From positions 3,495,922 through 3,559,921 of the forward strand of contig MU053482.1 in NCBI GenBank assembly GCA_013239625.1: DNA of 64,000 nucleotides, given 5' to 3'. The position numbers and the translations under genes were made by a program. The stretch is from Lama guanicoe (Eukaryota). Of this stretch, positions 36,003 to 49,209 are shown piece after piece; the first letter of the stretch is position 1, and each line of letters starts with the position of its first letter. The notes beneath the pieces are model-generated. The model searched no databases and had not been told where the DNA came from. It saw only the letters and a list, made by a program, of their open reading frames with translations.

Positions 36003-38667
36003 TGTATTAGTCAGTGTAGCCTACCTGCTACAACTAACAACCCCAAATCTCAATGCCTTAACAAAATTAAAGTTTATTTCTCTCATGTTACAATCCAATG
36101 GCTGACAGTGGTGGTGGTGGGGGGGGGTGGATTGTGTGTGTAGGGGGGTGGAGTTTGCCACAACAGTTATTCAGAGACTGTAGTGCTACCATCACCTAGT
36201 TCCTCAAACCACCCTCCCCTGCACTGAACCAGCAACTAAAGGAGGGGAGCGTGGAGGATTGTGCTGGATGGAAACTGCTTCCAGGGCCAAGCCTGTGAAG
36301 TGGCTATATCACTTCAAGCATATCTCATTGGCCAGAATGTTGTCACATGCTCCTGTCTAACTGCAAAGGAGTCTGGGAAATGTAATCCAGGTGTGTGCCC
36401 ACAAGCCAGGGAAAAACGATTTGGTGAACACACAGCAGTCCCTGCCACAGTTTACCCTCAGCTCACCCAGTGTAGGGTTCGCTGTTCCCACCCACAGAAT
36501 ACAGTCACTCTCTTCTCAAGGGAGACAACTCAAGGTCCAATCTAGCTCAAAATCCATGATCTCTAATTATGCTCAGTCTTCTCCAAATGGTCCAGCTGTG
36601 GCACTCTGTGGTCTGGTCATCTATGAACTAAAAAAGTTATATGCTGCCCCCTAAATGTAATGGTGCAGCAGGATCTGAGTAACCTCAGTAAAAACTCCCA
36701 CGTGTAAAGGAGAGGGGTGGGAGACACAGCAGTCACCCAGTCACAGCAGTTCTGGAATACCGGTGGAGAGACATTATAAAGACCACTCTATCAGTTTTCT
36801 ATTGCTGTGTAACAAATCACCACAGACCCAGTGACTTAAACCAGCACCCACTTATGATCTCACAGTTCTGTGGGTCAGAAGTCTGGGTGGGCTCAGCTAG
36901 GTCCTCTGCTCTGGGTCTCACAAGACTGAAATCAAGGTCCCGGGTGGGCTGGGTACTCACCTGGAAGCTCTGGGGAATCCATGTCCATGCTTATTCATGT
37001 GGGTGGCAGAATTCATTTCCTTGAGGTTTTAGGAATGAGGTACCCATTTCCTTGCTGACTGTCAGCTGGGGTCCATTCTCTGCTCCTATAAGGATGTCTG
37101 CATTTCTCCTCATGTGGCTCACTCCATTTCCAAAGTAGCAGTGACCTTTGGAGTCCTTCAAACACCTCTCAGCTCTCTGAATTCCACGTCCTCCATTAGC
37201 CAGGGAAAGCTCTCTGCTTTTAAGAGCTCATGTGGTTGCACTGGGCCCACCCAGATGGTCTCCCTATTTGAGATCAGCTGTACCATGTAACATAACAGGA
37301 GTGATATCTCACGTTCAAAAATCCCAGGGACTGGGGGAGGCATCTTGAGGGGAGGCATTTCAGAAATTCTGCAGACCGCAGTCACCTACCTTCAATTAGG
37401 TCCGGATTCTGCTTTCTTAGGAGAAACTCTTCTGTCCCACGTCCACTGTTCTCTGTGGCCCTTCATTGGATATAGTCTTCCTTGGCCACATGTGTAGTGG
37501 CCACCAGGGAGGATGGCCTCATTGGGGTAACACAGCCTGTACAATGTGCTTTCTGCTGATGTAAGCTTAGGATCCCCAAGGCTGTTTTCTAACTTAATAT
37601 TCAAAGGAGTTTTTAGTCCTGGCTTGTATTTCTTTGTAAATACAATTCCCTCACGACTTAGGTCTCTGATCTACTAGCTTCCATTTGATTCCATGTGCCA
37701 ATAATCTTAACCCCAAATCCTTTCCCAGTCACAAGTCTCAAGATATGTTTCTGTTTTTGTTTTCTCAGCCCTATGGCCTCCCTTCTAATTTAATGGAGGT
37801 TACCCTGAGCTCATTAGAAACACACAGATGGCAGGGCTGTATCCTTAATCAGGCCTTTACCATAGGGATGAGCTGATCTGGGTTCAACTGAAAAATGCTT
37901 TTGGTTCTTTTTCACTCAAAGCACTTTTTCAGTCTCTTTGAGACTTAGATGCAGTCAAGTTTTCTAACTCTTCAATCTAAGCATTCTAGATGCTTTTTTC
38001 TTTCTGTTTAAAAATAGCCAATTCTTTCCTGAGTACTTCTTTTTCTTGCAATACCTTGCCAAAGGCAGCCAATATAAGTTCACATACTCCAACACTCTGA
38101 TGCTTTCCAGACACTCCTCCTAGAGCTATAGGCTGCCCATGGACTGCCTTTCAAGTTATCATGGGTTAGACTTTACCAAATATTTTTGTTTTCTTCACAG
38201 CATGGGTCACCATATTTCCAGCCCCTGATATCAGGTTTCTTGTCATTTGACTGCTAAGTCAGTGTCTTGTATTTTGAAATTTTGTTATGTCATTTCTGGT
38301 TCAAGTGTCTGAATTAATCAGGGTATGCTGTTATGACAAATATTTCTGAATTTCACTAAATATTCCTGAATACATTAAAATTTAATTTCTTGCTTATATC
38401 ACAGTTGAATTCTGTGAGCGCCCGTTCAAAGGCTCAGCCTCCACCCAGTGGTCCTGTCATCTTCTTGGGTCTCAGGTCCTCAGATCCCCTCTGAATTTGG
38501 TAGGCAGAGAGGAGAATAAAGAAGTTGTGAAGTACTGGGCAGAAAAGTCTGTTTAGCAAACCAGATCTAGAAAGTCCACATTTCCCTGCACCTTGCTGCA
38601 AGAAAAGACTGAAAAATACAGTTTAGCTGTAGAAATCAGGTTGGTGAAAACTCAGCAGTCTCCATCA
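36003..38667 (-). mobile_element. Decayed MaLR (MLT1-like) element with two LTRs and an internal region
   Basis: LTR-like blocks at 36003-36449 and ~38308-38667 share starts (tg(t/a)att(ag/aa)tcag) and ends (ttggtgaa..cagcagtc..ca); MLT1-int-like sequence lies between them. Confidence 0.6.
36787..37380 (-). mobile_element. Nested MLT1-type LTR
   Basis: 'tcagttttctattgctgtgtaacaaatcaccaca...gacttaaa...tctcacagttctgtgggtcagaagtctggg' is a classic antisense MLT1 terminus. Confidence 0.8.
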
Positions 38668-38924
38668 AAGTAAAGTGTATTAATTAAAAAAAAAACATAG
38701 GCCAGGATGATACAAGAAACTAGGATCAGGAACAGAGAAGAGAAGGAGAGGAAATGACCGAGCCCCTGGGAGAGAGCCTGCAGTGCAGTGGCCCAAGGGC
38801 TGGGGACGTTGGGGAGGCACTATTATCCGGAGGTAGATTCTCACTCAGAGTTGGGGCAAGGTTGGGGCTCAGCTCCACAAAATGAGGAGGCATTTGGCTG
38901 CTGCCAAAGATTTGGAAATGTGCT

Positions 38925-38930
38925 TTTATT
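38925..38930 (-). terminator. IRAG1: Likely IRAG1 polyadenylation signal (AATAAA)
   Basis: tttatt on the + strand about 3.1 kb after the IRAG1 stop, just before unique sequence gives way to the MaLR; alternative candidate at 39204-39209. Confidence 0.55.
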
Positions 38931-41452
38931 TTCAAACTCAGGTATGTGACACTCTATATTTCAATGCTAGCACACCTGTGTGAAGTTTAACATTAGGAAC
39001 TGACAGCCAGTGATACACAAGTCCAGCATCTCTCTCTTCACTTACTCAGCCAGGCTGTACATGGGGAGCGACACAGGTGGGCTTTGTGGCAGCCGGAAAG
39101 TGAAGGTCCTTTTAGGAGGTGACATCAAGAATGACATCAACAACACAGAGTCCTAGGGTCCTAAGCAGAGACGTTAGACTTCAGAGGCATTTTGAAGGGA
39201 ACTTTTATTTCTGATCAATACCACTATTGGAAGTACAGGGCCTGTTCCTCTCCATTTCACTGCTGCTTCGGCAACAGTTCCAACTGCTTCAGGTCCATCT
39301 TTGCTTTTCAGAAAAGAGATTCCGATGAGCCCTTTTTCAGAAATGCCCTTGAAAATGTGGTTACTCTTTTGCTCCCTCTTGTCCTCAACCTCCCTTACTC
39401 ACAGAGCAGTTTGGCTGAATGGAAGCAGTCATGCAGGCCTTTCTGTGGAGCAGCTGGAGGTTCAAGAGCTCACTGCAGCTCCTCTCTCGGCCTTTGTCTC
39501 AACTGGAAACAAAGGTGGGAAGCTTGCGGCCAACTGGACAATGGGCCAGCTCAGTCTGGTCTTTCTGCAAGGGAGGCTGAGATTGGACACTCCCAGCCTA
39601 GAGAATCTTGCCCTACAGCCATCTTCTCTGGAGCTCCATTTGCATCCTCTCTTTGGCTCTAAGGGCCTAAAGCTCCTTCAGTGTGTCTGGTCCCCCTGGA
39701 AGAGGCAGGGCAAACCATCCCCTCATGCTGCCAAAGTCTGTCTGCCTTGATCTGTACCTCTTTACCTTAATGGCACATCCTTGGTCAACCCTGGCGTGGG
39801 GTCCCCTCACAGCGGTTTTCCATCCACTGGAAAGGATATCCCTCCTTACAACAACATGCTGTCTTACAGTGGAGCCTGGTCTAGCTGGGCCTTTCTGAAA
39901 GGAGTGGTTACATCAAGCCCAGCCCTTGAGCTTGGAAGTGGTGTTGCTGGCTGGGTCACAAAGCAGACTGAAAAATATCAGAGTAAGTTGAGGCTCATAA
40001 AGATGTTATTTTTCTTGTCGAGATGGTGGTGGTAATGGTGCTGGGAAACATGCAAAATGTCAGCTGTTCCCAACCTGCTCTCCACCACCTTGAATGCTCA
40101 CTTGTTCTTTTGACCAACATTTAATGACACCCTCCCAAGCAGCAGCCACCATGCTGGGCACTTACCCAGAGAATGGGTAAGACATGGTTCTTGTCTTTGA
40201 GGAAGAATGCTAGGGAAGACAGACACATAAATAAGTTACTATGATGCACTCTGCTAATGGTCACTAGCAGTAGTAATGAAGATGTTTAAAAAGTGCCAGA
40301 AAGCACAGAGAAGGGTGTGACCTATTATGAGGGACATGGTGGGGAGCTGGAAGGAGGCCATCAAAGCTCTATGAAGGGAATGATGTTTGCACTTGGTCCT
40401 GAAGAATAACCAGAAGAAGGGGGTGCAGCAGAAGAAAAACTACTGAGCAAAAACAATTTAGTTTGGGAACCGGAAATGGCTTGGAGTGGCTGAAGGGCCA
40501 CTTGGGGGAATGGGGCTGAAATGGAAGACGTCCAGCTAGGAGACCTTTGGACGAGGCAGTTTAGTTCGGGTTGAGTACACCAGAAATTAACTCACCATTG
40601 TAAACCAATTATACTTCAATTGAAAAAAAATAAAAAATAGTGCAGGGGTTGAGAGCACAGCCCCTGGGCCAGCATGCCTGCGTCTGACTCCTAGCCCCAT
40701 GATTTACTAACTGGGTGTCCTTGGCAAATTACTTGTGATTTTGTGTTTCAGTTTCCTTATCTGAAAATGGGAAGAGTCATAGTTTTTTCTTTTTCTTGAG
40801 AACTCAGTGGATGAAGACCTACATAATACCTAGAACAGCACTTGGCTCAAATAAGTTCTACGAGTGTCAGCAACAGAGATGAATGTCCACCGCAAAACAG
40901 AAACAAAAGCAAAGCCATCTCCATGAAACCCACACAGAAACCAACACCCCTGGAAATGACGAGGCATGAAGGAAGGCAGTGACTGTAAAGGTGGAGCGCG
41001 AAGTCAGACTGGAGGTGGGACTTGCTCTCAGTTTTCCGCTGAACAAGGGGAGTGCTCTGACACATACACTTGGGTTGGGAATTCCACTGGAACTGGAGCA
41101 CTGAGCTGGAGCTGCACACCTTCATCTGGGCACAGCACAGCTGAAAGCACACCCTGTCTCCTCCTTCCCCTGAAAGGCGGGTTAACTGCTCACAGCTGGG
41201 GAGAGAGCAAACAGGGGACAGACCATGCTGTACAGCAGCTTAGAATCAGCACTTGAAATGGAGATCAGCAAGTTTGCCATGGAAGCCATGAGTATTCAGT
41301 GTTTTTCAAACATCTTAAGTCCACATGGAGAGCTCGTGAACAGGTGCCTGGTGTTTGCCCCACACCTAGTGAAAATCTGGGGGTTGGCTTTATCCCTAAC
41401 GCACACCCAGAGCACACGTTTGGAGGGTAGTTGGCTTCATGCACGTGCATGC

Positions 41453-41481
<29 letters not shown>
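41453..41481. repeat. (TG)n/(CA)n microsatellite in IRAG1 3' UTR
   Basis: Directly visible. Confidence 0.95.
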
Positions 41482-41483
<2 letters not shown>

Positions 41484-42063
41484 AGAGGCATATGTTAATT
41501 TATATCTTCCCATTTCATTTCGAGCACTGAGCTAAAGTCAACCTAATGATTTTTTTGAGAAACTTTTCCGACTTCTGTAAAGAGAAACTCCGATTCCAAA
41601 GGGGAGGAAGGGAGGCTGAAGGAGAGTCAGTAAGAATGAGATGGGAAATGGGAAGATATTCATGTTGTGACTCCAAATTCCAGGTCTGATCCTCGGGGTC
41701 AGAGTGAGCCTTTAGGCACAATTCTTCCTGATTTCTGACCGCAGAGAAGAAAAAGGGGGAGAGTGAGCTTCGCACTGTCCCCTGTAGGGAAGGTGTTTTG
41801 TTTCTCCCCAGCCATCTGAGCAACCTTCCCTTCCATTGGAGTTCCCCGGTGAAGGCCACTTCTTCGCCCACGGATGCTTTCCCAGAGCAGTTCTGTTGAT
41901 CCTCTAAGAACACTGCTTACTGTGTATGAATAGCGCCCACAGGGGTGCCAAGTATGAAAGAGCCCCCGCTCTTCCCTGACAGCAGCGGTGGGCCTGACAC
42001 ATCATGCTTGGGGAAAGGGTGGTAGGCTGTGTGGAGCAGGGCACCAGCCGGGTGTCGGGTTTC

Positions 42064-42307
42064 CTACTGCTCTGTAGGCTGCTCATGCTGGAGTCCCGAG
42101 CTCCACCAGGAGTCCCTTTGGGCGGCTGAGCAAGAGGATTTCCCCAGGGGCCCGTCAGCCTGCTCCACACAAGAGTTATAGGAACTGTAGAGCCCCAGCA
42201 CGACAGTCAAGACCAGCATGGCGGCGGCCATCATCCAGATGACTTGCCAGTGCTGACACAGTTTGGGATACATGACTTGTAAGAAATGAACCAATTCTTC
42301 AAGTTTG
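42064..42307 (-). CDS. IRAG1: IRAG1 (MRVI1) last coding exon: C-terminal membrane anchor and luminal tail
   Basis: Acceptor tttgacag|[41 protein letters not shown]...QHEQPTEQ*. Confidence 0.96.
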
Positions 42308-45300
42308 CTGTCAAATGAAAAAGAAAAAAAAAAGGGTGGAGGGTTTAGTTTACTGGGCACACATATGATGCCCAGACCCACACTTTCATCTGGGTACCTT
42401 ACATGCTGTCCTGACCTGTGGTTCAAACTCAGCTTTGTAGAGAGTGGCTTGACAGCAATTTATTCAAAATACCCTAGGACTACTTAATAAGAAATTTCCA
42501 AAAGAATGGTCTAACAATCTATAGTTTACAAATTTTCCCCAGGTGATTCTGATGCTAGAAGCCCACAGCCTTTATATTGGGAGCTACTGGTCTAGAACAC
42601 TCTATTTGTGTGATCATTCATCCATTCACACAGGCCCTCATCTACTCATGAGACAGTCATTAATATCTAAACTCTCCCAAGCCCCAAGATACCAGGCCGG
42701 CTGACCCCTTGCTCCCACGCATCCAGACAGCACCAGCATCTTTCCTGTGCTTAGGACTAGTAGCGATCAGTTCCCGGTGCTAACCTGCCCCCTGCCTCCA
42801 TGCTCAGATGCATAATCTGTTGTCCTCAGTTCCACACGTGACTGCGTCCAGAGTGGAAGGACTGTGACAAACTCCTAGAAGACTCTTGGTGTCGAGTAAT
42901 AAATGACAGGAAACCAGATCAACCTCAACAGCTCACTGCAAACTATTCCAGGGGCATTCAGAGGACTAGGAGCCTCCAGCAAACTCTGGGTGACTTAATT
43001 CAACATGTTTTCTCAGCCCTATCAACCTCATTCCCTAATTCCCCCTCATCCTCTTTCTCTGCTCTCCCCACACTCTTCTCTCTCTCCCCTCAACTCCCTC
43101 TTTTCTCCCCTCCCTCCTTCCCTATCATCTCTCCCCTGCTGTTTTTTTGCTATTTCCCTCCCCTTTTCCCTCTTCCTCTCTTCCCAACTGCCTCTCAACT
43201 TTCTCCCTCTTCTGTGTGTGTCTAGTGAGAAGACATGTCAGATGCACCACTTTGAAGAGCCATTCACAGAGCTCTCTGGAGAAGCTCTGGATCCATTCCT
43301 TAAGCTAGAATTTCTTCCTCATTCTAGTCCCAGATGTATTTTTTAAAAAATAATGTAAAAATGAGAATACTGAGGATCGCCAAATGGAGGAGATGAGAAA
43401 AGTGATAGGAGGGCTTTCTGAAGACACTGAGGCTCACACAGACACTGAAAGATGCAGGCCAGCTGCTGAGAAGTAGCTCTGATTCAGAGCTAGCTGCCTT
43501 ATGATAGGTAGACAGACTCAACAGTCTCCGTAGAAAGGGATCACATGCTCAGGATGCCTGCCTTGGATACCACGGCACTGGCTGGTTTCTTTTCCACGTG
43601 GGAATGCTCTGAGGATTGTTTCAGGAACAACTAAGTAAAGCAAAACAGCGAGCCCACGAGTTGAGATGCAGATCACTGGCTGTTTTCACAACTGTTGGGG
43701 AGGGAGAATTTGGAGATGGAAGCCTTATTTTCTTTCAGCCCTGTTTAGATTCTATTTAGGTACAACTGTTTTTCTTTGGGGCTGTATTTCTGTGCTTCAA
43801 AACAAGCTGCCAGGAATGGGGAAGTAGGGCTGCCAAGGAGGAGGGCAAGATCTGCTTCATGACCCCTTAGCTGGTCACCCATTTCTAGCCTATAAGAGAG
43901 GTTAGGAATGGTATTAGATGAGAAATAGAATTACTTTGGAAATCAGTTTTTGGTGGTTCTGAATTCTACCTACTCCATTGAGAGGGATGAGGTTACCCGC
44001 CCCCCACCACCACCACATACACCTGGGGCTAGAAAGGGGCTTTAGGGATGCTGCTGGGGGAGCTCAATGTGTTGCAGTCTGGGGGCACAGTGGACTGGTG
44101 CATGACTCTCACCAGAGAGACCTGGAGAGTGAGAATCTTGCTGAACTGTTTGGTGGCATCAGAGCAGGGGGTCATGGAAGGGAAAAACCATCTTCCCACC
44201 ACTAGTGGGTCAAAGGCACATATTTCACCTTAACTGGATGTAGTCAGGACAGGGAGAGCTGGCGTGGGGTGTCACAGACCCTGCCTGGAAATGCTGCCTA
44301 GGGCTGAGCAAGATATACTTCCAGCTGCCCAAGGATCGAGAGAGGGACTTTAAGTAGCCAGCCAGGAGAGGTGCATTTGACCTCATAAAGGGACCTGCAG
44401 TTGAGAGAGCCTCAGCAATGGTGTGAACCTGTGTGTGTGTGTATGTGTATACACTGGAGAGGGGGATGGGGGTGGGTTTCTCTGAAGGTCCCATAAAGCA
44501 CGGCATTCAACAAAATCAAAGTCAGCCTTAAATCCTTGCCAAGGCCTGGAGCCCGCTCACAATAAGACCAGCCAAGTAATATCTTTCCTATCCTTAATCT
44601 CCATTCCCTTTTCCCATGTTAACCCTGGAGGGTTCAGGCACTGCCTTAGCCAAGCTGGGGTGGAGGGCAGGAGTGTAAGTGTAGAGGAGAGCAAGAAACC
44701 TGCTCTGTCCTCGCTGCAGGCTTCCTTCCTGAAGCACAGAGGAGCTGGGGGGAGGGGGTGAGAAGGGGGAGGTGGGGGGGCGGAGAGAAGGTTGAACCTT
44801 TTAACTTCAGGCTTTTGACTATTTCAGGGAACTGGCCATCTTAATTACTGAAATGAGGTTATTCTTGAGACTGAAACTTGACCAGAGGACTTTTATTTTC
44901 TGAGAGTTATCGGAAAAGTAAAGGAATTTGCCTAATATCATCTTAACCCCAAAGAGCAGGTTTGAACTGATAGTGGGAAAAAAGACAAAAGTGTTCCGTT
45001 GGACCTGATGAGTTCACTTGTTCAATGTATTACATGAATGCCAGAGGACTGTGTTCTCTGTTTGAATATGGTTAAGATACTGGGTTGATTCACCCAAAAT
45101 TCATTTAAGCTGATCCTCCAGAAAGTAATGGTTACAACAGGTTACATTACTATGTCTTATTATGTCTTATTATCACAGAGGTGAGATTCAGACAAGACTC
45201 TAGTGTTTGATGTGGAACCTCTTAAATGAGGGGTCAGCTGCTGGGGTCAGTCCAGTAGTTTTAAAATGCACAAGGGGGACATGGGGCTTTTAATAACTTC

Positions 45301-47295
45301 AGACTTTGCTTGTTGACTTTAGACGATGCCAAAATTTCATGGTGGGGAAATCACATTTGAGTGCAGGTGCCTGTAGACAACTGTGCATGTAAGGGACTTA
45401 GGAGTGAATGGATTGCCTGATATCAAAGACAACAGCTCTCGGGGCTAGACTGGCTTGGGTGACAGGTGAGGAAGGGACCCGATAACTGGGTGGGCAGCGT
45501 ACGTGAGAGCAGCGTCACTTATTATGGAGACGGCACCACACTGCTGGGCCCGAACAGGTGAAGTTACGCCATGTGCAGAAGGCCGGGGGGCCTCCTGGGG
45601 GCTGTGCTGATGCCTGGTCTCCGTCACCAGAGGTACAGGCATGTTCTCAAGACCAAAAAGTGAATCCAAGAAGGGGCAGAGGTTGGGAGAGAGAACGAGG
45701 CCTCTCAAGATCAGCAGGAGTGAAAGAACACTCTTGGATGACGGATGCGACGGGTGGCCTTTGGCTTGTGCTACTGACCGGGAGCTGGGCAGAGGGAGAG
45801 CCAGGCACAGCCTTACTTCCCCTGGGGCAGCACGAAATGGGAGCCCGAGATCAAATGAGCTAGGTAAGGATCCAGCTGTGTACTTTGTAAACCAGACTGT
45901 TTATATTCCATGTCCTCTTTCTGTTTAGTTCTCTTTTGTTCTTAGTGTTTGGAAGGGTTAGGAATCCCAGCCTGTCCTTCTGTTTTGAAGGGAGCCAAAG
46001 GAAGGCTTGTTGTCCAGGCCTGGGCTTGACTGCATTAGAAGGGAGGAGGCAGTGTGGTGGCCTGCAAAACAGGGGCAGAGGACCCCCAGGAGGGAGAGAA
46101 GACCCCAGCAGACAGGACCCAGCCGCTTGGAGTCTTGCTTTCTACTTGAAAACTGGGCTTCTCTCCTTAGGGGAGGTGGTGCATCCTAGCACGGGTTTGT
46201 TTCCAACAGTGAAGCACTTTCTCTTGCCTTGAACATAGGTTGACTTGTGCAGACTGAGACCTCTCGCTCTGGTTGAATCTCCCACCATCTGGGCTCTGCT
46301 GGTCGTTCTTATGTGCTTTGAAGCATATCCATCTCACTTCGAATCTGTATTCTATTACCTTATTCATTGCGTGCATGTGATTTCCAGAGTCTGCCGGCAC
46401 TGAGGCACAGACACATACCCTGTCCCAAGGTTAGCGGCTGATTAGAACCACTGGTCTCCTTTTTTTTTTTTTTTTTTTTGCCTGAAGTCACCCTGGACCC
46501 CAAGACATCCTGGAAGTTTAAAAACAATAATTTTGGCAAAGTGTCCCAAATTTGCTGTAACCATATTTAAAAAAATCAAAATTCAAGACTTCTGGTTTGA
46601 ACACACTAATAGAGACAATAAGGCCAAATGTATGAGATCTGGGCTCTCTGTTAAAATCCAGGATGCTGATGTGTCACTATATTCACAGGTACAGGTAGGG
46701 CAAGATATAATGTATGTGTAATGTAATATCTAATTTCTGCATGAAATATATATATATTTCATGATTTAGTGGAAAATGCACTTGAAATATAAAATATACT
46801 AAAAAATAAAAATCCAAGTATTTCCCATCAAAGTGAAAACATTTGGTTTGTTTGGTCACCATGGAAGGAATCTGCTGGAGACTCACCTTTGCCATGAAGT
46901 TGAACTTGTCCCCTACCTCCCTGTGTTCTCTCTGCCCCTGCTCCCCTCTTGGGCTTTAGGTTTGCTCCCTCTTTCATGGGGATGGATGGGGAGTGAGCTA
47001 CCTGTGGCTGGGCTTGTTGAGGGGAACCCCATTCAGGGGCCCCTGCATTTTCTCAGCTCCTGAGAACTCCTGGTTGCTGCCAGCCCTGACCCCTCAGCTC
47101 TAGCAAACATCCCCTTAACTATGTTGGCGCTTCGAAATTTCCTCTGCCTCCTCCCCCAACATGAGTGCCCTCCTGGTTTCTGTTGGCTGCTCACTTGGGC
47201 CCCCCAGACCCATCATTGCCCTGGACTGGCACCTCCAGGGATGTTGTGCAGTGAAATGAACTGGGACCCATTTCAGCAACGGTAAGCGCTCCAAC

Positions 47296-47430
47296 CTGCT
47301 TCTCTGCTCCTTTTCCTCTTCCTCAGCTTCTTCTGCCTCTTCAGGTTCCTCAGGATTCTCACTCTTCTGTTCTTCCTCCTCCTCCTTCAGGTCTTGAAGC
47401 TCCTTGGTCTTCTTTAGACCTTCCTGGTAT
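47296..47430 (-). CDS. IRAG1: IRAG1 coding exon (Glu-rich)
   Basis: 135 nt, phase 2-2; [44 protein letters not shown]. Confidence 0.93.
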
Positions 47431-48720
47431 CTGGAAGGCAACAACGAATGACTGAGTCTGGAAAGGCCAGGCGTGGAGCATTCTTTCCTGAGTCACTGGA
47501 GGAGGGCGCTGAGCACCCCCGATGATGACACATGCATTTCCCGTGGTCCCACACAAAAGGAAAAAGCTGGAAGGCCCCACTGCATCCCAGGGTGGCTCAT
47601 GTCAGGACAATTTCCCCTCACCTTCAGCCATTCTTCCTGTTTATGTGAAAGTGTGACAAAACAGGGAAAAAATGTGGGTGCAGAGCATCCCAGCTGGGTT
47701 CTTCCACAAACCATTTGAGGTCTGCACATGCTCTCTGTGTCACCTGGGAGCCTCAGCCCCTCCTGTGTAAAACAGAGAGGCCAGTCCCCATCACACGGGG
47801 GTCAGAACATGGTGACGCAGTCCCAGGTATACAGCTTGATTTAGGAAGGGTGACAGCCATCACACAGCCTTGTTGGGAAGTTTTGTGGACATGAAAGGCA
47901 CACAAACTGGCCTAGAGAGGGACTCAGTTCACAAAGCCAACAGAAACCTTACTCCCCCGCATTCTAGGTGTAGAGGACAGGTGTGGGTGAAAAGATGGAC
48001 TTTTCAAGAGAAACCTTCTGATTTCCTTCTTCCGGGACTAATATTACCCTGAACAGACTTTCTGCTTGTCCTGAAGCTGAGTGTTTGAGGTCAGCAGAGT
48101 TTGGCTGGGACAACTCCACCATAGTGCAGGTGGCTGCACCCCGAAGCCCACAGGTTCCACGTCAGAGGGAAAGATGCTCAGGGCACGGTGCCTGGTCAGA
48201 GGCAGTTCTCTACCTGGCTGAACTGGGGCCCCACCCAGTACCTGCTCAGTACCCCACCCCATTAGGATTGACAACGGGCCAAAGGTGCCACTGAAACTCA
48301 GTTAGAGAGGGGACAGCTGGAAGCTGAGGGGACTCCTTTCACAGGAAGAAGGATGGCTGGGGCGGTTCTAGGAAGTGGGGTTGCAGCTGCTCCTGGCACC
48401 TGTTAGGAAGCCTCAGGCACCACCCAGAGGAACCACCCAGAGCTCCTGATTTCTAGACCCTTCTGGGCAGTGGCATTCTGGTGGTTTTCTGCCTAAAAAG
48501 AGAGCAGTCTTGTTATGATCGAACCACACTCTCTAGCCCTGTTTCCTCCTTTCCTTCCTGTGGAACAGCTTTGCTCTTTCCTATGTAGTTCCTCACTGAG
48601 GCAAGGATGTCCTGGGGCCACTGGTTGCTTCCCTAAATCCTTTGAGAGGCAGGAAAAACCTGTGGGAAGGTATCTTTTGACAAATGCCGGTGACCCTGGG
48701 GTGGCCGAAGTCTGACTCAC

Positions 48721-48840
48721 CCCTTGCTGTACGCGTCTTCCTCCAGCCTGGCCTTGGTCTCCCGGCTAATCCCCTCCAGGCAGTGCGGAGTCGGCGTGGG
48801 AGCAGAGGCTTCACAATCAGGGTCCCCGTTCGTCTTTCCA
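48721..48840 (-). CDS. IRAG1: IRAG1 coding exon
   Basis: 120 nt, phase 2-2; [40 protein letters not shown] (this frame is not listed in the ORF track). Confidence 0.93.
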
Positions 48841-49209
48841 CTAGTGAGAAGAGGGAAGGACAGGGCATCCTTTCAGGGACAGATGGGGCATCTGAAAACC
48901 AAACCATGTCTTTGGCCTGTTCCTGGCTGGAAGGGAGGAAACTCATTCTGGATTGAATTTATTTCAGTCTTTCTACTTTGACACGAGATTTTATAAAGGC
49001 CCTAGTCCATGAGTCCTCCCTAGACCCCCAAACATCAAATACTGCACCAGCTCCCCCTTTGTTCTCATGCTCCCAAATCCACTTCTATCCTTACTCTGGG
49101 AGAGGTTATGGGTGGACAGACAGCTAATGGGAGCTCCATGGCACTAAGAGCAGGAGGATGGAGAAGACCCACCGTTTGGAGTCACTCCATCCCTGTAGTC
49201 CATCTTTTA

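Noticed and set aside
39192..39750. Overlapping 156-aa and 149-aa plus-strand ORFs
   Set aside because: They lie antisense within the IRAG1 3' UTR, start at TTG codons, and show no recognisable domain.
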